This document shows positions 63,606 to 64,000 of a stretch of 64,000 nt of DNA, piece by piece. The position numbers were made by a program, and so were the translations under genes. Under the pieces are notes generated by a model. It saw only the letters and a list, made by a program, of their open reading frames with translations, did not search any database and was not told the origin of the DNA. Within the stretch, counting starts at the first letter, position 1. Each line of letters starts with the position of its first letter. Source of the stretch: Vicugna vicugna (lineage: Eukaryota); assembly GCA_013265495.1 (NCBI GenBank), contig MU058444.1:124001-188000 (forward strand). The letters are read 5' to 3'.

Positions 63606-63946
63606 TTGGAGAAGACTCTTTTGATTTGGAAAATTTTGGAGTCTGGATGAGGAGAGGACTAAAGAGGGAGAGTGGACTGTGGCAGAGGCTGCAGGTTACC
63701 CCCGTGGCATCCGCGATCTCTTCCTTAGCATCAGCCCTCTCCGGGTTTTACCTGTGCTCACTGCCTCCCAGAACAGAGCCTCACTTCCCAGCTCCTCTTG
63801 CAGCTGAGTGTGCTGTGACTAAGTGTCATTTAAAGGGCAGAGAAAAACTGATTTTTAAAAATTGAGTGGTGCCAATAGCTTTATCTATTCATGTTTGAAA
63901 TCAACAATCATAGATCTTGCACATTTCTTGTTAAGTTTATTCCTGA

Positions 63947-63996
63947 TATAGATGGATAGATAGATGGATGGATGGATGGATAGATAGATATAGATA
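63947..63996. repeat. (GATA)n/(GGAT)n compound microsatellite
   Basis: atagatggatagatagatggatggatggatggatagatagata. Confidence 0.9.
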
Positions 63997-64000
63997 ACTA

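Noticed and set aside
1..64000. CRISPR arrays, operons, rRNA or other prokaryotic-type systems
   Set aside because: The sequence is mammalian, with spliced exons and LINE/SINE/LTR repeats; no regularly spaced repeat-spacer array or rRNA-like segment was seen.

Overview
Mammalian genomic DNA, most likely camelid, inferred from four tRNA-derived vic-1-type SINEs and no recognisable Alu, BovB, PRE-1 or Can-SINE. It holds one protein-coding gene, KLHL31 (BTB-BACK-Kelch, minus strand). Its coding exons are 37970-36799 and 35081-34349, which join to 1905 nt (634 aa plus stop). There is a probable ~3.9 kb 3' UTR and a candidate non-coding first exon near 51.0-51.2 kb flanked by MEF2/E-box motifs. 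The rest is intronic or intergenic DNA rich in L1, L2, MIR, MaLR/ERV LTRs, hAT/mariner MITEs and SINEs, with one 96-N assembly gap. The best non-obvious observations are: (1) a dense cluster of NRF2/sMaf antioxidant-response elements at 3.0-3.65 kb, on the side facing the usual syntenic neighbour GCLC; (2) a decayed, intronless cTAGE5/MIA2-family retrocopy at ~21.6-24.3 kb, absent from the ORF track as an intact ORF and split by an MLT1 LTR and two SINEs; (3) KLHL31's last coding exon has G/C at the third position of 242 of 243 sense codons; (4) an unclassified ~270 bp inverted-repeat element; (5) a twin-primed, 5'-inverted L1. I found no convincing wholly new biological system. Repeat subfamily names come from recalled consensus sequences and were not searched.
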